This document shows, in pieces, positions 10,290 through 20,649 of a stretch of 64,000 nt of DNA; positions within the stretch are counted from its first letter, which is position 1; every line of letters begins with the position of its first letter. A model generated the notes under the pieces. The model searched no databases and was not told the DNA's origin. It saw nothing but the letters and a program-made list of their open reading frames with translations. Made by a program: the position numbers and the translations under genes. The DNA lies in NCBI GenBank assembly GCA_011364975.1, contig RDOE01000002.1, forward strand, positions 9,793 through 73,792. The letters are read 5' to 3'. This DNA is from Promethearchaeota archaeon (GTDB lineage Archaea; Asgardarchaeota; Lokiarchaeia; Sigyniarchaeales; SOKP01).

Positions 10290-11252
10290 CTAAGTTAGAC
10301 TCGTAAATAGGTTAATGATAAATATAATTATGGTGTATCCAATAAATCCGATTAAGAAATATAATGGTTTTCCCTTTTCTTTCTCAGGAATAACTTCTCT
10401 TACCACAGTATACAGGATTACTCCCGAAATAAATGAATAGAGAATATAAAATAATTCGGTATACTCAAAATAGAATAATTCCAATAATAAACCTATTATT
10501 ACCCCCATTAATGTAGCAAAAGATAGGAGAAATTTTTTAACCTGGTTCTGTTCAATATCATATGTTTCATATATTTCTAAATCCGTAAATATAATATGAG
10601 CTTCAGATCTTTTTGTAATGATTGCCCTAAACCAAGCAAAAATGAAGAAAAGGATGCCAGGAATGAGATTAATAGTTAAAAGTCCCACTACAATTATTCC
10701 AACTAGTAAATGATAGGTAAAATTGGTAAAAAATCGTAAATTTCCAAGATCTTCATTAATACGGTTTTGAATTTTGGTTTTATACTTATCAATTTCTTTC
10801 TTTATGTCCACTTCTTGTTCATTTAATGTAGTTATAGTTCGTGCAAGATCTTTTAATGCAGACGGCTCTAAATCTTCATTATTAATTTCTCTTGTAAGAG
10901 TTTGTTCCATATTTTTTTCAACTTCTTCTAAGGTCTTTTCTTTTATCAATAATTTTCTCATCCTCTTCTGAGATCTTAATTCAACTTTTTGCAGAATAAG
11001 CTTTTCAGTAATGTGAACAAAGGCAAATCCAATAACTACATATAAAAATTCAAAGAGTTTTAGATTTAATGGATAATCTGGTTGATTTTCAGAGATTTCT
11101 GGGAGTAATACCAAAAAAAAGTAAGCAATTGAGATACCTGCGATAAACGAAACATGTAATTGAGGGTGTTTATGTTCAAAAAAATCAACAATAAAAAATA
11201 AACTAGCAAAAATAAGAGATAAGCAAATTATTAAGAAGTAATTTGTACTCAT
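10290..11252 (-). CDS. ZIP-like membrane protein with a coiled-coil insertion
   Basis: AGISIAYFFLVLLPE and SGVILYTVVREVIPE are ZIP-type motifs. Has a long charged helical loop. Confidence 0.65.
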   Translation of the reverse strand: MSTNYFLIICLSLIFASLFFIVDFFEHKHPQLHVSFIAGISIAYFFLVLLPEISENQPDYPLNLKLFEFLYVVIGFAFVHITEKLILQKVELRSQKRMRKLLIKEKTLEEVEKNMEQTLTREINNEDLEPSALKDLARTITTLNEQEVDIKKEIDKYKTKIQNRINEDLGNLRFFTNFTYHLLVGIIVVGLLTINLIPGILFFIFAWFRAIITKRSEAHIIFTDLEIYETYDIEQNQVKKFLLSFATLMGVIIGLLLELFYFEYTELFYILYSFISGVILYTVVREVIPEKEKGKPLYFLIGFIGYTIIIFIINLFTSLT

Positions 11253-11368
11253 TAGATAAAGGTATAGAGCTTTAACTTTTTAAATTTTTCAAAAAGCGTC
11301 TAAAAAATTAATAATTCTTTATGTCTTTTTAAAATACAACGAAAAAATATATTTTAAGGTTAGAGTTT

Positions 11369-12265
11369 ATGGATTTTTTAATTTTACATTCATCAGAAGA
11401 TAACGCTTCAATGAATATACGAGAAAGATTTTTAAATTCGATGCAATATCAGTTCCAAGAGACACATTTGACTATTAATAATCAACAGTTAATTGAATTA
11501 AAAGGGAAAAGGTTTGACCTAGATATGGAGAATCGTATTTATTTAGGATTAGTCGATGTTCCACTAATTTTTTTAGAAGATTTAAGTTTTAGCAATAATA
11601 AATTTCTACCCGACTTGCTAATCTTTGCTAGTAGACATCGATCAGAAACTGCTCGTCCTGCATTCTTAGTGCATTCTACTGGTAATTGGACCGCAGATAC
11701 GGAGTTTGGAGGAAAACCTTTTCAATTATCTAAAACAAGTGCTTTATTGCTTAAGGCGGGTTTTATTGCATTAGCACAACAATTCAAAGTTTCAAATTTA
11801 AATAAATTTGTAATTGATCTTGAGGTAACTCACCATGGTCCAACAGCTTTAAAAATCCCGTTAATATTTATGGAATTAGGGAGTAGTGATAGTGAGTGGG
11901 TAATTAAGGAAGCGGGAGAGTTAGTCTCAAAAGCTATAGTTAATGCAATTGAGAAATATATTGAATTAAGAGAAAGAAAAACCCAATTAGTCGGTTTAGG
12001 ATTTGGAGGGACTCATTATGCGCCCAACTTTAGTCGAATACTATCGAATAACGATATCGCATTGTCTTTTATTTGTCCAAAATATTTTATATTGAATCTA
12101 AATTACGATATGATAAAAAACATGATTAATAACACTTTAGAACCTGTTGATTATTTCATTATTGATTGGAAAGGAACTAGTTCGGATGATAAGAAACATC
12201 TAATTCCACTACTAGAAGAATTTGATAAACCAATAGTAAAAACTAAGGATTTTAAATCAGATTAA
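11369..12265 (+). CDS. dtdA: archaeal D-aminoacyl-tRNA deacylase (DTD2/GEK1 type)
   Basis: SRHRS, HSTGN, EVTHHGPT, FMELGS, GFGGTHYAP. Confidence 0.92.
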   Translation: MDFLILHSSEDNASMNIRERFLNSMQYQFQETHLTINNQQLIELKGKRFDLDMENRIYLGLVDVPLIFLEDLSFSNNKFLPDLLIFASRHRSETARPAFLVHSTGNWTADTEFGGKPFQLSKTSALLLKAGFIALAQQFKVSNLNKFVIDLEVTHHGPTALKIPLIFMELGSSDSEWVIKEAGELVSKAIVNAIEKYIELRERKTQLVGLGFGGTHYAPNFSRILSNNDIALSFICPKYFILNLNYDMIKNMINNTLEPVDYFIIDWKGTSSDDKKHLIPLLEEFDKPIVKTKDFKSD

Positions 12266-12288
12266 GGATTAAAATTTCTAATTAAATA

Positions 12289-13155
12289 TTATGACGCTTC
12301 TTTTATTTTTTGATAATAATTAACTAAGTTCTTAAAAACATAATGAGATGCAACATAGCCTTGTGTTGCTGCTTTTAATAATATATCATTCAAATAATCA
12401 CTTTCTTTAATATCTTTATCAACAGTAACATTCAATTCTCTTATATTATAATAACTTCTCCAAAAAAGAGTTGGCCATTCAACCAATGGACGAATAGTTT
12501 GATTATACACTAACATAGCATCTGCAGAAAGAGCTAATTCGAGATTAAGATCATAATAAAAATATCTACCTCGTCTAGTTTTGTTTAGGAATCCATCATT
12601 AACAATATCATCTAATATATTTTTAAGTTCAGCAAGTTCTATTTCAATTTTTACTTTCTTCATATTTTCAAGTATATCAATATCTTTCTGACCCTTTAAT
12701 TTAATCATCGTATAATTTCTTGCTAGGATATTAAATTTTAATGGCACTGTTTCATGATCGAGTTGATTATATTGAATTAAATTTCCAAGAATTTCTTTGG
12801 CTACTAGATACTTTAAGATTAATTGATCATGATCATTAAAGTCTCTTTTAAACTCTGTAGAATCCTTAAAGTAGTGGTTATATAGCGTATTAAGAAGGCT
12901 TCTAATTGAATTGAAACCATCTTCGAAAGAAAGTCTAACAGTATCAAGAATGTTAATTCTATAGTCAATTTCATTTAAAAATTTATCTTTAAGCACAGGA
13001 ATTTGACGAACTAAATGTGGAGTTTGGTTTAGAGAAGTTAAATTCTCATCCCATTCTTTCTTGAAGCGGTAAGATTGCGTTTTTGCAATGCCTGAAAGTT
13101 TATATACTACTTCATATAATTTTTGTAAAAATATCTCACCACTGACATTGGTCAT
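12289..13155 (-). CDS. hypothetical protein with an embedded winged-helix-like segment
   Basis: 288 aa ORF. ELKNILDDIVNDGFLNKTRRGRYFYYDL resembles a recognition helix plus wing. Confidence 0.6.
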   Translation of the reverse strand: MTNVSGEIFLQKLYEVVYKLSGIAKTQSYRFKKEWDENLTSLNQTPHLVRQIPVLKDKFLNEIDYRINILDTVRLSFEDGFNSIRSLLNTLYNHYFKDSTEFKRDFNDHDQLILKYLVAKEILGNLIQYNQLDHETVPLKFNILARNYTMIKLKGQKDIDILENMKKVKIEIELAELKNILDDIVNDGFLNKTRRGRYFYYDLNLELALSADAMLVYNQTIRPLVEWPTLFWRSYYNIRELNVTVDKDIKESDYLNDILLKAATQGYVASHYVFKNLVNYYQKIKEAS

Positions 13156-13349
13156 ATGATAATATCCTACCTTAAAGTATCAAATAATACTCAATTAATA
13201 ATTATTAAACTCTAAAGGCTTTTAAACTTTCATTTAGACTATTTAAAATTATCAAAATTCAAGGAAGTATTGTAGATTAGATCAATTATTAATATAAAAA
13301 AATCCTTTTCTGTAAATAATGCTCATAATATTTTATTGAACAACTCAAG

Positions 13350-13733
13350 ATGCGAATTGAACATATTGCGATTGCTTCTAAATCAGAAGAGGAAAGTGAA
13401 GAATTCTTTTCTAAATTATTAGGTCTTAAGAAGATTAGAGAATTTGTAATATCAGCAGATTTAACGGAACAGTTTTTTAATGTGCATAAAGATCAGAAGA
13501 TTATTAGATATAGTAATAATGAAATGGAAGTAGAAGTCTTCATAACAGATGATGAAAGTAGAAAAAAAGATATTTATACCCATACATGCATAATTGTGAA
13601 GGATAAAATGAAGTTGATAGAAAAAGCGGATTTAATGGGGTATAATGTAATCAAAGTAGCTCGAAAAGGTAATGATGATTTTTACTTATTTCTTAAAGAT
13701 AAATTTGGAAATTTATATGAGATAAAATCATAG
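13350..13733 (+). CDS. VOC/glyoxalase family protein
   Basis: IEHIAI, EVEVF, HTCI, FLKDKFGNLYEI. Confidence 0.85.
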   Translation: MRIEHIAIASKSEEESEEFFSKLLGLKKIREFVISADLTEQFFNVHKDQKIIRYSNNEMEVEVFITDDESRKKDIYTHTCIIVKDKMKLIEKADLMGYNVIKVARKGNDDFYLFLKDKFGNLYEIKS

Positions 13734-13783
13734 TAAAACTTATTAGATTAGTTTAGTATTTTTAGCATTGATATTAATTTTTC

Positions 13784-14617
13784 ATGCTCACTATTGTATG
13801 GAGTGGATGTCAATTGCCTAAACAATTTAAACTTAAGCTTGTATTAGGTGGAGCTAAAGGATCAGGTAAGACTTCATTCATTAGTGGAAATTATAAAGAA
13901 GATACACCAATCGGTGTTTCATTCGAATCAATTGAATGTTATGCAAATCAGGGAGATTTGTATAAATTTGTAATATGGGATCTGAAAGATAAACCAAGAT
14001 TTGAATTTCTATTTCCTCTTTTTTGTCGTGGTGCATGTGCTGGGCTTCTATGTTTTGATATTAATGATCAACAATCATTTTATGATTTAAAAAGATGGAT
14101 AAAGTTATTGAGAGATGTAGTTGTTGACATTCCGATAATAATAATAGGTACTAAATTAGATTTAGGTAAAGAAAAAGTTAGTGATGAAGAAATTGATGAA
14201 TTATTAGTAAGTGAAAATCTTGAAGATGTTTTTTTTGTCTCTCGTTTCAACCTCCCCGAAAAAAGAGAAGAAATTTTTAAACGAATTGTACAAATCATCG
14301 ATAAGGATTATTATATACGTGAATTTTATATTCCAAATTATATAGATGATCAAGAATTTAAAAATTTAGAACATTTATTCGATCACTGTCCTATATGTAA
14401 AAAGAAGAACCATGGAAGTGGAGAATTGAGAAATATATTCTTTAATAGAAATAATCCTTTTACAATGAGATTTAGAGAGAGTTTATTAAGACTAATAGAT
14501 AACATTGATATTCTGAACATTGCCTATCCTAATAAAATATCATTAGGAATTCCTTGTTGTGATTGCTATAAAAAGATCTTTAATGAAAATCCAAGATCTT
14601 TAATCAATAATCCCTGA
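13784..14617 (+). CDS. divergent Rab/Ras-like small GTPase with a C-terminal Cys-rich domain
   Basis: G1 GAKGSGKTS, IWD, G4 GTKLD; C-terminal CPIC and CCDC. Probable start is the TTG near 13814. Confidence 0.82.
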   Translation: MLTIVWSGCQLPKQFKLKLVLGGAKGSGKTSFISGNYKEDTPIGVSFESIECYANQGDLYKFVIWDLKDKPRFEFLFPLFCRGACAGLLCFDINDQQSFYDLKRWIKLLRDVVVDIPIIIIGTKLDLGKEKVSDEEIDELLVSENLEDVFFVSRFNLPEKREEIFKRIVQIIDKDYYIREFYIPNYIDDQEFKNLEHLFDHCPICKKKNHGSGELRNIFFNRNNPFTMRFRESLLRLIDNIDILNIAYPNKISLGIPCCDCYKKIFNENPRSLINNP

Positions 14618-15016
14618 AGCCTTTATAATATGGTAATGATCAAATGCTAATGTTAAGGAAGAAAGCTTTTTTAATGGAATAATTTCAATACTTTTAGCAT
14701 CATCTTTTGCTTTTGGATTTTCATCCATACTCGAAGGTTTGCATAAAAATGCAATGGAGATATTATGCCCCCGTGGATCACGTTTAGGATCAGAAAATAC
14801 ACCGATTAGATTAATTATTTTAATATGAATGTTTGTCTCTTCATATGTTTCTCTAATACACGCTTCTTCAACAGTTTCTCCAATATCGACAAATCCTCCA
14901 GGTAATGCTAATACTCCTTTAAACGGATCATTTTTTCTATGAATTAAAACAATTGAATTATTCTCATATATGATTACAGCATCAACTGTGACTAATGGAG
15001 TTTTAGGCATTGGCAT
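14600..15016 (-). CDS. Nudix hydrolase (ADP-ribose pyrophosphatase-like)
   Basis: Nudix box GGFVDIGETVEEACIRETYEET, RDPRGH, LAFDH. Confidence 0.93.
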   Translation of the reverse strand: MPMPKTPLVTVDAVIIYENNSIVLIHRKNDPFKGVLALPGGFVDIGETVEEACIRETYEETNIHIKIINLIGVFSDPKRDPRGHNISIAFLCKPSSMDENPKAKDDAKSIEIIPLKKLSSLTLAFDHYHIIKASGIID

Positions 15017-15042
15017 GATAGTTTTACTGGTTTGGTATTAGT

Positions 15043-15864
15043 TTATTCATCCCATACTTCTGAAGTTAATAAATGTTCTATTCGTGTTCTTCGAGGTCTT
15101 ACAAATTTTGTTAAGCCTTCTCTACGTTCTAGTAGTAAATTTTTTTCAAGATTAGTAGAGTTTACCATATATACTTCCAAATCTCCCTTTTCAAGAAATA
15201 TATGATTGAAACATGGAGAATCATTTGCTCTTACTTTATTCGAAGTAGAGGTGCCACAGTATAAGAATATTGTATCAGTTCTATTATTATCAAAAATATA
15301 AGCATGCGGTACATGACGATGACCCATTAATACTAAGTCCACTTCAAATAATTGGGTTAATTCAAGTATTTCACCTGCATCTCTTACAGTTGTAAACTTC
15401 TGACCGGATAAAGGAGGAGGAATTAAATGGTGATGCAATGCAAGTATTCTATTTTCTAGGTTTTTATTAAAACATCTTCCTGTGAAATCTAGTTGTTCAT
15501 CACCAATCATACCTTCACTCATATCATCCCTTGCAGAGCAGATTCCTACTAATATGGTATCTTTATCATCTAATAACATTCTCGAACGGCGTGGCCCTAT
15601 AATTTTTTCATAATAAACCAAACCTGAGTTTTTTGCGTCGTGATTTCCAGGAACAGCTACAAATCTAGTAATCTCTCTTATTTTCTGAATGTAGGGAAGA
15701 ATTGCCTTAAATTCTTTTATTCTTCCTTTATGAACAAGATCTCCAGTACAAATGACAACATCTGGTTTTGCATCCTCTATATATTTAATGATATTATCAA
15801 AATATTCTCCTACAAATTCACTTCCATAATGTAAATCACTTATATGAATAATTTCAACCATCAT
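15043..15864 (-). CDS. calcineurin-like metallophosphoesterase (Icc/CpdA-like)
   Basis: SDLH, GD, GNHD, LHHH, GHRH. Confidence 0.92.
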   Translation of the reverse strand: MMVEIIHISDLHYGSEFVGEYFDNIIKYIEDAKPDVVICTGDLVHKGRIKEFKAILPYIQKIREITRFVAVPGNHDAKNSGLVYYEKIIGPRRSRMLLDDKDTILVGICSARDDMSEGMIGDEQLDFTGRCFNKNLENRILALHHHLIPPPLSGQKFTTVRDAGEILELTQLFEVDLVLMGHRHVPHAYIFDNNRTDTIFLYCGTSTSNKVRANDSPCFNHIFLEKGDLEVYMVNSTNLEKNLLLERREGLTKFVRPRRTRIEHLLTSEVWDE

Positions 15865-16130
15865 ATACCATCTCTAAAATAAAATTCACTTAAATTTAAT
15901 CTTAATTTAATTTACAAACTTTTTTTTTGTTATTCTTATTGTTAAATCTTGTTCTTCTATGAACGATTATCTAAATAAATAATAATAAGTTCTATATTTA
16001 AAATATTTTTAATTTTCGAAAGAACCAAGTATAAATTATTAAAGTGGTCCCAATAGAAGAAAAATTAAATAGTTTTTATAAAATAATATAGAATGTTCTA
16101 CTAAATAAAAATTTCTTAAAAAGAGTTCAA

Positions 16131-16298
16131 TTAATTCTCAATATATATCTCTTTATTCAAAAAAATGTTGGTTTTTCGGATTTGCGAGATTTTTAGGAGA
16201 TTCCTCCTATCTTGACAATCTACACATATATCTTCGAGTTTCAACCATTTAAATTGCTTACATTCTGGGCAGTAAAATTCTTTAAATATTAATTTCAT
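16131..16298 (-). CDS. unannotated 55-aa zinc-finger microprotein
   Basis: Hand translation MKLIFKEFYCPECKQFKWLKLEDICVDCQDRRNLLKISQIRKTNIFLNKEIYIEN*. Contains CPEC and CVDC, with an AGGTGA RBS upstream of the ATG. Confidence 0.72.
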   Translation of the reverse strand: MKLIFKEFYCPECKQFKWLKLEDICVDCQDRRNLLKISQIRKTNIFLNKEIYIEN

Positions 16299-16538
16299 TT
16301 AATTTTTTCACCTAAATTTGTAATAAATTAATTATTTTGTTAATATCTTGATTAATGTGATTTAAAAAATAGTCAATTGAAGCTTCAGGCCGTGTAGAAT
16401 ATATTTCTTCTTAAAGAACTAAATACTCTAGTTTCTGCTTTATTAAGGTATTTAATATTACTTCAAACAATATATAGACGTTATCATTAGTTTAATCTTA
16501 TGTTAAATTAGGAGATAAGTAAATAAAAAAACTTACTT

Positions 16539-16577
16539 TATACTATATATTATCTATATTGAAATATATATAGTATA
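16539..16577. repeat. 12-bp perfect inverted repeat just downstream of alaS (possible terminator or operator)
   Basis: TATACTATATAT-N15-ATATATAGTATA. AT-rich, so chance occurrence is possible. Confidence 0.35.
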
Positions 16578-16588
16578 TACTAAGAACT

Positions 16589-19543
16589 CTAGATCTTTAA
16601 TTCATCTTGGATTGATTTTATAACTCGATTTAAGGAAATTTTTTTGTTTTCAATAAAACCTTGGCCGTAATCCTTACGACCTCCGCCCTTGCCATCAAAT
16701 TTTTCTGAAACATTCTTAATTAAATCACCAATATCCAGAGTAAGGTTTTCAGCAACTTTTTTACCTAACATACCCATTATAAGTATTCCGCTCTTGGTTT
16801 TATCAATAAATATGGTGATTAATTCATTAGAATTTTTATGTAATTTTTTGCCTAAATTTTGAAGCTCTTTCTGGGATATATCCTCAAAATGCTGAATTAT
16901 CAATTTAAATCCCTTATAATCTTTTGAATTTTCAATTAGTTCATTAAGGAAATCATCACTAAGAAGATCCTTCATATATTTTAATTTTTCTTTTGCCTGA
17001 CTCCATTCATAATGAAAGTTTTGTATTCGATTATAAATATCATCTTCTTTAACCCCTAAAATTGTGGTTAATTCTTTTATAATTTCTCCCCTAAATGTCT
17101 CTTTCGAATTTAAAATTAAATCCTGCTTAGATATAGTGCCAGTTTCTAAAGCTTTATTGAGATTTTTCCACTTTTCAATAAGTTCTTTTACTCTACCAAC
17201 TACTTGATCTTTTGGAACTTGTAATAATGCTATTAATCGTCCTAAAAGTTCAGTTTGTTGGTCTACAATTTCATCAGTAGCTTTACCTGCAGTGAACGTT
17301 AATCTAACTACTCCATCAGAAATTTTCTGTGATTTAATTATTTTTATTGTTCCCGCTTCTGACGTATTATTTAAATGAGTTCCACCACATGCCTCTACAT
17401 CTAATCCAGGGATTTCAACGATCCGAAGATACTTACCGGGTACAGCACCGCCTTGATAGATTGACATACCATATCTCTGTTCAGCTTCAGCACGTGGTAT
17501 AAAATCTAAGTGTAAGTCAATCTTTTTATTTACTATCTCATTTGCTCGGTTTTCTATTTCTTTCAATTTATCATATGGGATCTGCTCATAATGAGTAATA
17601 TCCAGATTAGAATTATCCAAGGTTTTTTTTGCTCCTGCTTGGTTTATATGAGACCCTAATATTTCTCTTGCTGCTGCATTGACAATATGAGTAGCTGTAT
17701 GATGTTGAGAAAGTTGGGTTCTCCATTCCTTGTCCACTTGAATTTCTACTGTATCTCCTTCATTAAATTTAGGTTTCTCATCCAAAACATGGATGACATG
17801 ATTACCTTGTTTAAATACATCACTGAACTTTTGATTGTTGATAGTTCCGATGTCATGTAATTGTCCTCCAGAGGTAGGATAAGCCACAGACTGATCCAGA
17901 ACTACAAAATTATTGATAATCTTTAAAACTCGAGCTTTATTATTCGTTTCGTTATAATTGTAATAATAAAGCGATTTTGTCTCTGGGATGTTTTTTAAAT
18001 CTAAATTGATTAGTTTTTCAGTTGCATATATCCGTTCTCCTTGTTCATGTCGCTCCACAACTAAACTATAAAAATTGTCCGGTATTCTTACTTTTTTTCC
18101 ATACTTCGTTGCAACTTCTTTAACCATCTCAGGATTGATCCCTTTTGAATCATATAATTCGATTAATTTATCTTCATTAATCATCCCTTCAGAAAGTAAT
18201 TTTTCGAGAAGTGTACTTGCCTTTTTCTTTGTCTTATAATACTTACTTTTTTCAACATCTAAAATACTCCGAACTTCATCTAAATGCTCTGAAACTTCAG
18301 GAAAAAGGTCTTGTAACTCTTCCGCATGCCATTCACACACGTTAGCTATATCTATATTCCACTTAAATTCGTCAATGAAACCAATTGCCCGTCTAAAAAT
18401 CACCCTTAAATTATATCCGCCCCCAACGTTGGAAGGTAATTTACCATCATTTATCGCAAACAAAAGACTCCTAGCATGCTCTGCAATTGAATATAATGCA
18501 GTCATAGGCAACATTTTCGCTTTTAAGATATCTACTTCCATGTTTAACTTTTTTCCTACCTTTGCCCAAGCTTCATCAAGGTTATCCACCTCATCTATAT
18601 TCAAATAAGCAGAATATTTTGAAAATTCACTATACAAATTATAATCTAACTTTATGTTTGTAATGGATTTTAATTTGGATAAAACGCCTGGAAACGTCGC
18701 TTCATAGATGTTGGGGGTACCTTGAGAGAACCATGCAACCCGTTCTTGACCTAACCCCATATCTAATACTTTTAATCCCAACTCTTTTGGGCCTTGAGGT
18801 GTTTGCTCGAACATAGTATATACTTGATTGAAAAGTTCAACGCCTCTGCTAAAGAACTCAAGACTGCACCCAAAAGATCCTCCCCCAGCCCAGGAATCTT
18901 CATGGATAGTTATTTCTTCTTTGGGTAATCCTACTCCTTTATGAATGAAATCATGAATATCTAGAAAAAACTGGTCTTGATCCCATTCTTCTGGAGTGCC
19001 GAAAAAATGCTGTCCGATCATTACGAATCCGGTATTATGTGAAAATGTCACACCTACGTTTTCGATATCATTAAAACGCAAACAAAATTGAGGAATTATT
19101 AATTTTTTTGCAGGGGGCTCGATTTCACCGGTAATTACATAGGGTTGAAAGGCAGATATGGATGCAATTGTAAATTCTGAGGTAGGATTCCATCGAGCTA
19201 CACAAGGATAGCGTTTTATAGGCATATATCCCCTTGGTTCAAGAATTTCAACAATTTTTTTCCAAACTTCTACATAACTTAATTTAATAGGAGAAGGATT
19301 GTTAATAACTACTTGAAATCCACCCGAACACACTGGATCTCCACAAACATCTCTTTCCTTTAAAGTAGTCCAGAAAAAAACTCCACATATTTTACACTGT
19401 TTCCTCATATAACCTAGTTTTTTTAGTTCTTGCGTAGGAAAGTATTCATCAGGATTTTTTGAAGCAATAGATTTAAAAACTTTTTTTAGTTCTTTATCAG
19501 TTCGAGCTCCTTTGAGCTTATCCTTGTCTTTATTAGTTAGCAT
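16589..19543 (-). CDS. alaS: alanine--tRNA ligase, archaeal type
   Basis: N-terminal CKIC...CGDPVC, LDMGLGQER, GGGYNLR, editing HTATH and ACGGTH motifs, C-Ala GKGGG. Confidence 0.96.
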   Translation of the reverse strand: MLTNKDKDKLKGARTDKELKKVFKSIASKNPDEYFPTQELKKLGYMRKQCKICGVFFWTTLKERDVCGDPVCSGGFQVVINNPSPIKLSYVEVWKKIVEILEPRGYMPIKRYPCVARWNPTSEFTIASISAFQPYVITGEIEPPAKKLIIPQFCLRFNDIENVGVTFSHNTGFVMIGQHFFGTPEEWDQDQFFLDIHDFIHKGVGLPKEEITIHEDSWAGGGSFGCSLEFFSRGVELFNQVYTMFEQTPQGPKELGLKVLDMGLGQERVAWFSQGTPNIYEATFPGVLSKLKSITNIKLDYNLYSEFSKYSAYLNIDEVDNLDEAWAKVGKKLNMEVDILKAKMLPMTALYSIAEHARSLLFAINDGKLPSNVGGGYNLRVIFRRAIGFIDEFKWNIDIANVCEWHAEELQDLFPEVSEHLDEVRSILDVEKSKYYKTKKKASTLLEKLLSEGMINEDKLIELYDSKGINPEMVKEVATKYGKKVRIPDNFYSLVVERHEQGERIYATEKLINLDLKNIPETKSLYYYNYNETNNKARVLKIINNFVVLDQSVAYPTSGGQLHDIGTINNQKFSDVFKQGNHVIHVLDEKPKFNEGDTVEIQVDKEWRTQLSQHHTATHIVNAAAREILGSHINQAGAKKTLDNSNLDITHYEQIPYDKLKEIENRANEIVNKKIDLHLDFIPRAEAEQRYGMSIYQGGAVPGKYLRIVEIPGLDVEACGGTHLNNTSEAGTIKIIKSQKISDGVVRLTFTAGKATDEIVDQQTELLGRLIALLQVPKDQVVGRVKELIEKWKNLNKALETGTISKQDLILNSKETFRGEIIKELTTILGVKEDDIYNRIQNFHYEWSQAKEKLKYMKDLLSDDFLNELIENSKDYKGFKLIIQHFEDISQKELQNLGKKLHKNSNELITIFIDKTKSGILIMGMLGKKVAENLTLDIGDLIKNVSEKFDGKGGGRKDYGQGFIENKKISLNRVIKSIQDELKI

Positions 19544-19770
19544 TTTATTTCAAGAGGATGTATTATATCTAACCATTTACTATTGAATGATAAAATCAAT
19601 ATTCTCCTATAATTTTTTCTTTAAATTTTAAAAATTTCACTTAAGCATGAAATGTATGGGTTTTATTTCATATGAAATATCTGACTAAAACGTAAAAGAA
19701 TTTAAAAGAATTTATCATATCTTGCTTTACCCATTAATATTTTAAAATTTAAAACAAAATAAATAGATAG

Positions 19771-20079
19771 GTGAAATTCCAAATGGTTTACGTAATGAGT
19801 ATTGTTAAATATCCTCCTCATATCGCTAAAGAATTAATTAAGTTTTATGTTTCAGGTAAAGCTCCAAAATACCCTGATTTCGTAAAGAGAACTCATCAAT
19901 GGGTCGTTTCGGATTACCATTATAAGACTTACAACATATATGAAATACCGAAGGATAAATTATATGAGGGAATTAAGGGTATAGCTAAGCGTCTTTCTGC
20001 TTTCACTGAATTTGAAGGATACGTTTATAAAGTTATCCCATTAATGGAAGGTCCAGAAGCTATGGAAATGATAAAATAA
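19771..20079 (+). CDS. hypothetical protein
   Basis: About 100 aa ORF. The AGGTGA RBS suggests a true start at ATG 19783. Followed by a T-tract. Confidence 0.7.
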   Translation: MKFQMVYVMSIVKYPPHIAKELIKFYVSGKAPKYPDFVKRTHQWVVSDYHYKTYNIYEIPKDKLYEGIKGIAKRLSAFTEFEGYVYKVIPLMEGPEAMEMIK

Positions 20080-20095
20080 TTTTTTTCTTTTTTTT

Positions 20096-20533
20096 TTATA
20101 ATTCTAATATTTGAAAGCGTGAAAATCCTCTTTGAGCCATACTATAATCAAGAAATTCAATCTTTTCAGGTATTATTTTTAAAATAAGTTGTCTTTTTCC
20201 AAAGACTATTTTTTGTGCATGTTCAAATTCGGAATCTCCTTCTTTTAAAAAAATTAATCTATTTTTTCCCGTTGCAGTAATTTGCATTCCCTGAATCTTA
20301 CCTGTATCCATTGGTGTGTAAATTCCTATACTTACAATTGGATTTTCTTCGATATTTTTTACTTTCCTTCCGGGAGTGGGTCCTACATAAATATTAAAAT
20401 TATTATCCCCTTCTTCCATGTAAAAATCCATTGGTGTAGCTCTTGGAATATTATTTGAGGAAGTACATAGCACCAATACTTTTCGTTGGTTTAAAAATTG
20501 GCGAATTTCTTTTTTTAATTGCTCTTCTGGCAT
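20096..20533 (-). CDS. pyridoxamine 5'-phosphate oxidase-like split-barrel protein
   Basis: LCT..NIPRATPM, RKVKNIEENPIVSI, GMQITA. Confidence 0.85.
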   Translation of the reverse strand: MPEEQLKKEIRQFLNQRKVLVLCTSSNNIPRATPMDFYMEEGDNNFNIYVGPTPGRKVKNIEENPIVSIGIYTPMDTGKIQGMQITATGKNRLIFLKEGDSEFEHAQKIVFGKRQLILKIIPEKIEFLDYSMAQRGFSRFQILEL

Positions 20534-20649
20534 CTTTTTAGCTATATTAATTCACCCATATTAATTATATGATTAAAAATAAGGTAACCTAGTTAAAAAA
20601 TTAATCCTATTAAAAAATGATGGTGAAGAATGTTAATTGATTGAAAATT

